Assembly: GCA_037138135.1 (NCBI GenBank)
Contig: JBAXIY010000003.1
Span: forward strand, 1 to 47,657
Reading direction: 5' to 3'
DNA from: Verrucomicrobiia bacterium
GTDB lineage: Bacteria; Verrucomicrobiota; Verrucomicrobiia; Limisphaerales; UBA11358
Length of the DNA: 47,657 nt
In this document: piece by piece, positions 46,048 to 47,657 of the stretch
How the letters are laid out: each line of letters opens with the position of its first letter
How positions within the stretch are numbered: position 1 is the first letter of the stretch
The notes under the pieces: model-generated
What the model saw: the letters and a program-made list of their open reading frames with translations, nothing else
What the model was told of the DNA's origin: nothing
The model's database searches: none
Translations under genes and position numbers: made by a program

Positions 46048-46078
46048 GCTACTGACCGCTGACTATTGGCTGCTGACT
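46048..46078. repeat. right heptamer-repeat arm (inverted) flanking the four-helix-bundle gene
   Basis: GCTACTGACCGCTGACTATTGGCTGCTGACT; inverted partner of 45633-45663. Confidence 0.75.
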
Positions 46079-47642
46079 AACTCCCCGTCTTCAATTCCAC
46101 GACATCGTGCGGCGCGGCTTCACGCTGGCCGGCGGGGCTGACGCGGATGTAGCGCGCCTTCGCGCGAAGCGATTCCAAATCTTTCGCGCCGAGATAACCC
46201 ATGCCGCTCTGGATGCCGCCGATGAGTTGCGCCAGCACGCGATCCACCGAGCCGCAGACTTCCTTCAACGCCTCGATGCCTTCCGCGGCGACCTTGCGCG
46301 TGGTGTCAGATTTTTCGTGGCCGTAACGCGCCGCGCTGCCGGATTTCATCGCCGCAATGCTGCCCATGCCGCGATAATGCTTATACATTTTCCCGCTAAT
46401 CTCCACAACTTCACCTGGTGCTTCGGTGCAACCGGCAAAAATGCCGCCGCAGATTACCGCGCTGCTCAAGGTCAATGCCTTCACGATATCACCTGATTTC
46501 GTGATGCCGCCATCGGCGAGTATGGAAACGCGTTTTTTCGCCGCCGCGCGCGAGCAAATATAAAGCGCGGTCATCTGCGGAATGCCGACGCCGGCGACAA
46601 TCCGCGTGGTGCAAATCGAACCCGGCCCCTGCCCCACCTTGATGGCGTTCGCACCGCAGTCGGCGAGATATTCCACGCCCGCCGCGCTGGTGACGTTGCC
46701 GGCGATGATGGGCAATTTGGGGAACGCGTCGCGCAATACTTTCACCGTATCGCCCACGCCTTTGCTGTGACCGTGCGCCGTGGAAACGGCCACGACATCC
46801 ACGCCGCGTTCCACGAGCGCTTCGACGTGGCTCAAAATCCGTTCGCGATCCAGGCCGCCAAAAGCGTTGCGCGTCGCACTTACCGCCGCGCCGCAAACCA
46901 GCCGGAACTGCGCGTCGCGCGCGGGCTTGAACTGCGCCTTGCGCTCCTGCGTGATGCGCTCGACATCGCTCATCGTGATCAGGCCATGCAGATGATCGTC
47001 GTCGTCCACCACGAGTAGTTTGTGGATGCCGAGATGTTCGGTGAAAAACTTGTCTGCTCGCGCGATCGGATCTTTACCGAGTTCTTTTTTGGTGATGGTC
47101 TGAACCTGTTTACGCGGCGTCAGCGCCTCAATGACTTTCTTGGTGGCGTAACGCGGCTTGACGACGTGGCCGGAAAGCAGTCCCAGCAATTTCCCCTTTT
47201 CATCCACGACGGGAAATGTGCTGAACCCGAATTTCTTTTCTTCAATCAGCTTGAGCACGTCGCCGATGAATTGGTCGGGGGCAATTTTAATCGGATCCTG
47301 GATCAAACCCTGCACGTGATATTTCACGCGGCTGACCTCGGAGAGTTGCTGGCGCTCGGGCATGTTGTAATGAATCAGCCCGAGACCGCCATTCAGCGCC
47401 ATGGCGATGGCCATGCGCGATTCCGTGACGGTGTCCATGTCCGCCGAAATCGCCGGGATGTTCAGTTGCAATCCGTCCGCCAGCGTGGTGTCGAGCTGCG
47501 TGTCGCGCGGCAGCACTTCGGAATAAAGCGTCGCCAGCGTGATATCGTCGAAGGTGAGACCGACCTTGCTATTTGCGGCGTAGAAGGAATCCGCCTTTTG
47601 ATAGAACGTGTCGTCGAGATGAGAAGTGCGCGTCGCTGCCAT
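46077..47642 (-). CDS. guaB: inosine-5'-monophosphate dehydrogenase
   Basis: [17 protein letters not shown] pair, [24 protein letters not shown]. Confidence 0.96.
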   Translation of the reverse strand: MAATRTSHLDDTFYQKADSFYAANSKVGLTFDDITLATLYSEVLPRDTQLDTTLADGLQLNIPAISADMDTVTESRMAIAMALNGGLGLIHYNMPERQQLSEVSRVKYHVQGLIQDPIKIAPDQFIGDVLKLIEEKKFGFSTFPVVDEKGKLLGLLSGHVVKPRYATKKVIEALTPRKQVQTITKKELGKDPIARADKFFTEHLGIHKLLVVDDDDHLHGLITMSDVERITQERKAQFKPARDAQFRLVCGAAVSATRNAFGGLDRERILSHVEALVERGVDVVAVSTAHGHSKGVGDTVKVLRDAFPKLPIIAGNVTSAAGVEYLADCGANAIKVGQGPGSICTTRIVAGVGIPQMTALYICSRAAAKKRVSILADGGITKSGDIVKALTLSSAVICGGIFAGCTEAPGEVVEISGKMYKHYRGMGSIAAMKSGSAARYGHEKSDTTRKVAAEGIEALKEVCGSVDRVLAQLIGGIQSGMGYLGAKDLESLRAKARYIRVSPAGQREAAPHDVVELKTGS

Positions 47643-47657
47643 GTCAGAAAATGCCTG

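Overview
Chromosomal window from a PVC-superphylum bacterium, most likely Verrucomicrobiota. It carries the PVC small basic protein gene at 30164-30319 and a Verrucomicrobia-style TN-rich secreted protein. Housekeeping genes (dus, rpoN, hpf, lptF-like, aspC, ndk, hrpB, folD, rluB-like, dapL, hpt, dUTPase, exbBD-tonB, guaB) surround two accessory systems. (1) A ~15.7 kb minus-strand cluster (4852-20562) that looks like a complete extracellular electron transfer chain. It encodes a CbcL-like 9-heme c/b quinol oxidase, HemA, a tetraheme OmcE-like putative nanowire subunit, a 9-heme surface cytochrome with 4 PKD domains, two NHL propellers, a 15-heme lipoprotein, a beta-barrel porin, a 12-heme cytochrome with an N-terminal OmcE-like module, and an NrfJ-like protein. 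I count 49 heme-binding motifs in total. (2) A Tat-exported aldo-keto reductase / DUF362 / NapGH-like operon converging on larBCE with no larA in the window. The DUF362 protein keeps a LarA-like H-x9-K...H spacing, suggesting a possible new nickel-pincer cofactor client. Also present are heptamer-repeat inverted arms around a four-helix-bundle gene, a REP-like hairpin, a structured omcE leader, an orphan terminator and a frameshifted metallophosphoesterase. No tRNA, rRNA, CRISPR array or transposase was seen. Family assignments come from motif recognition, not database searches.
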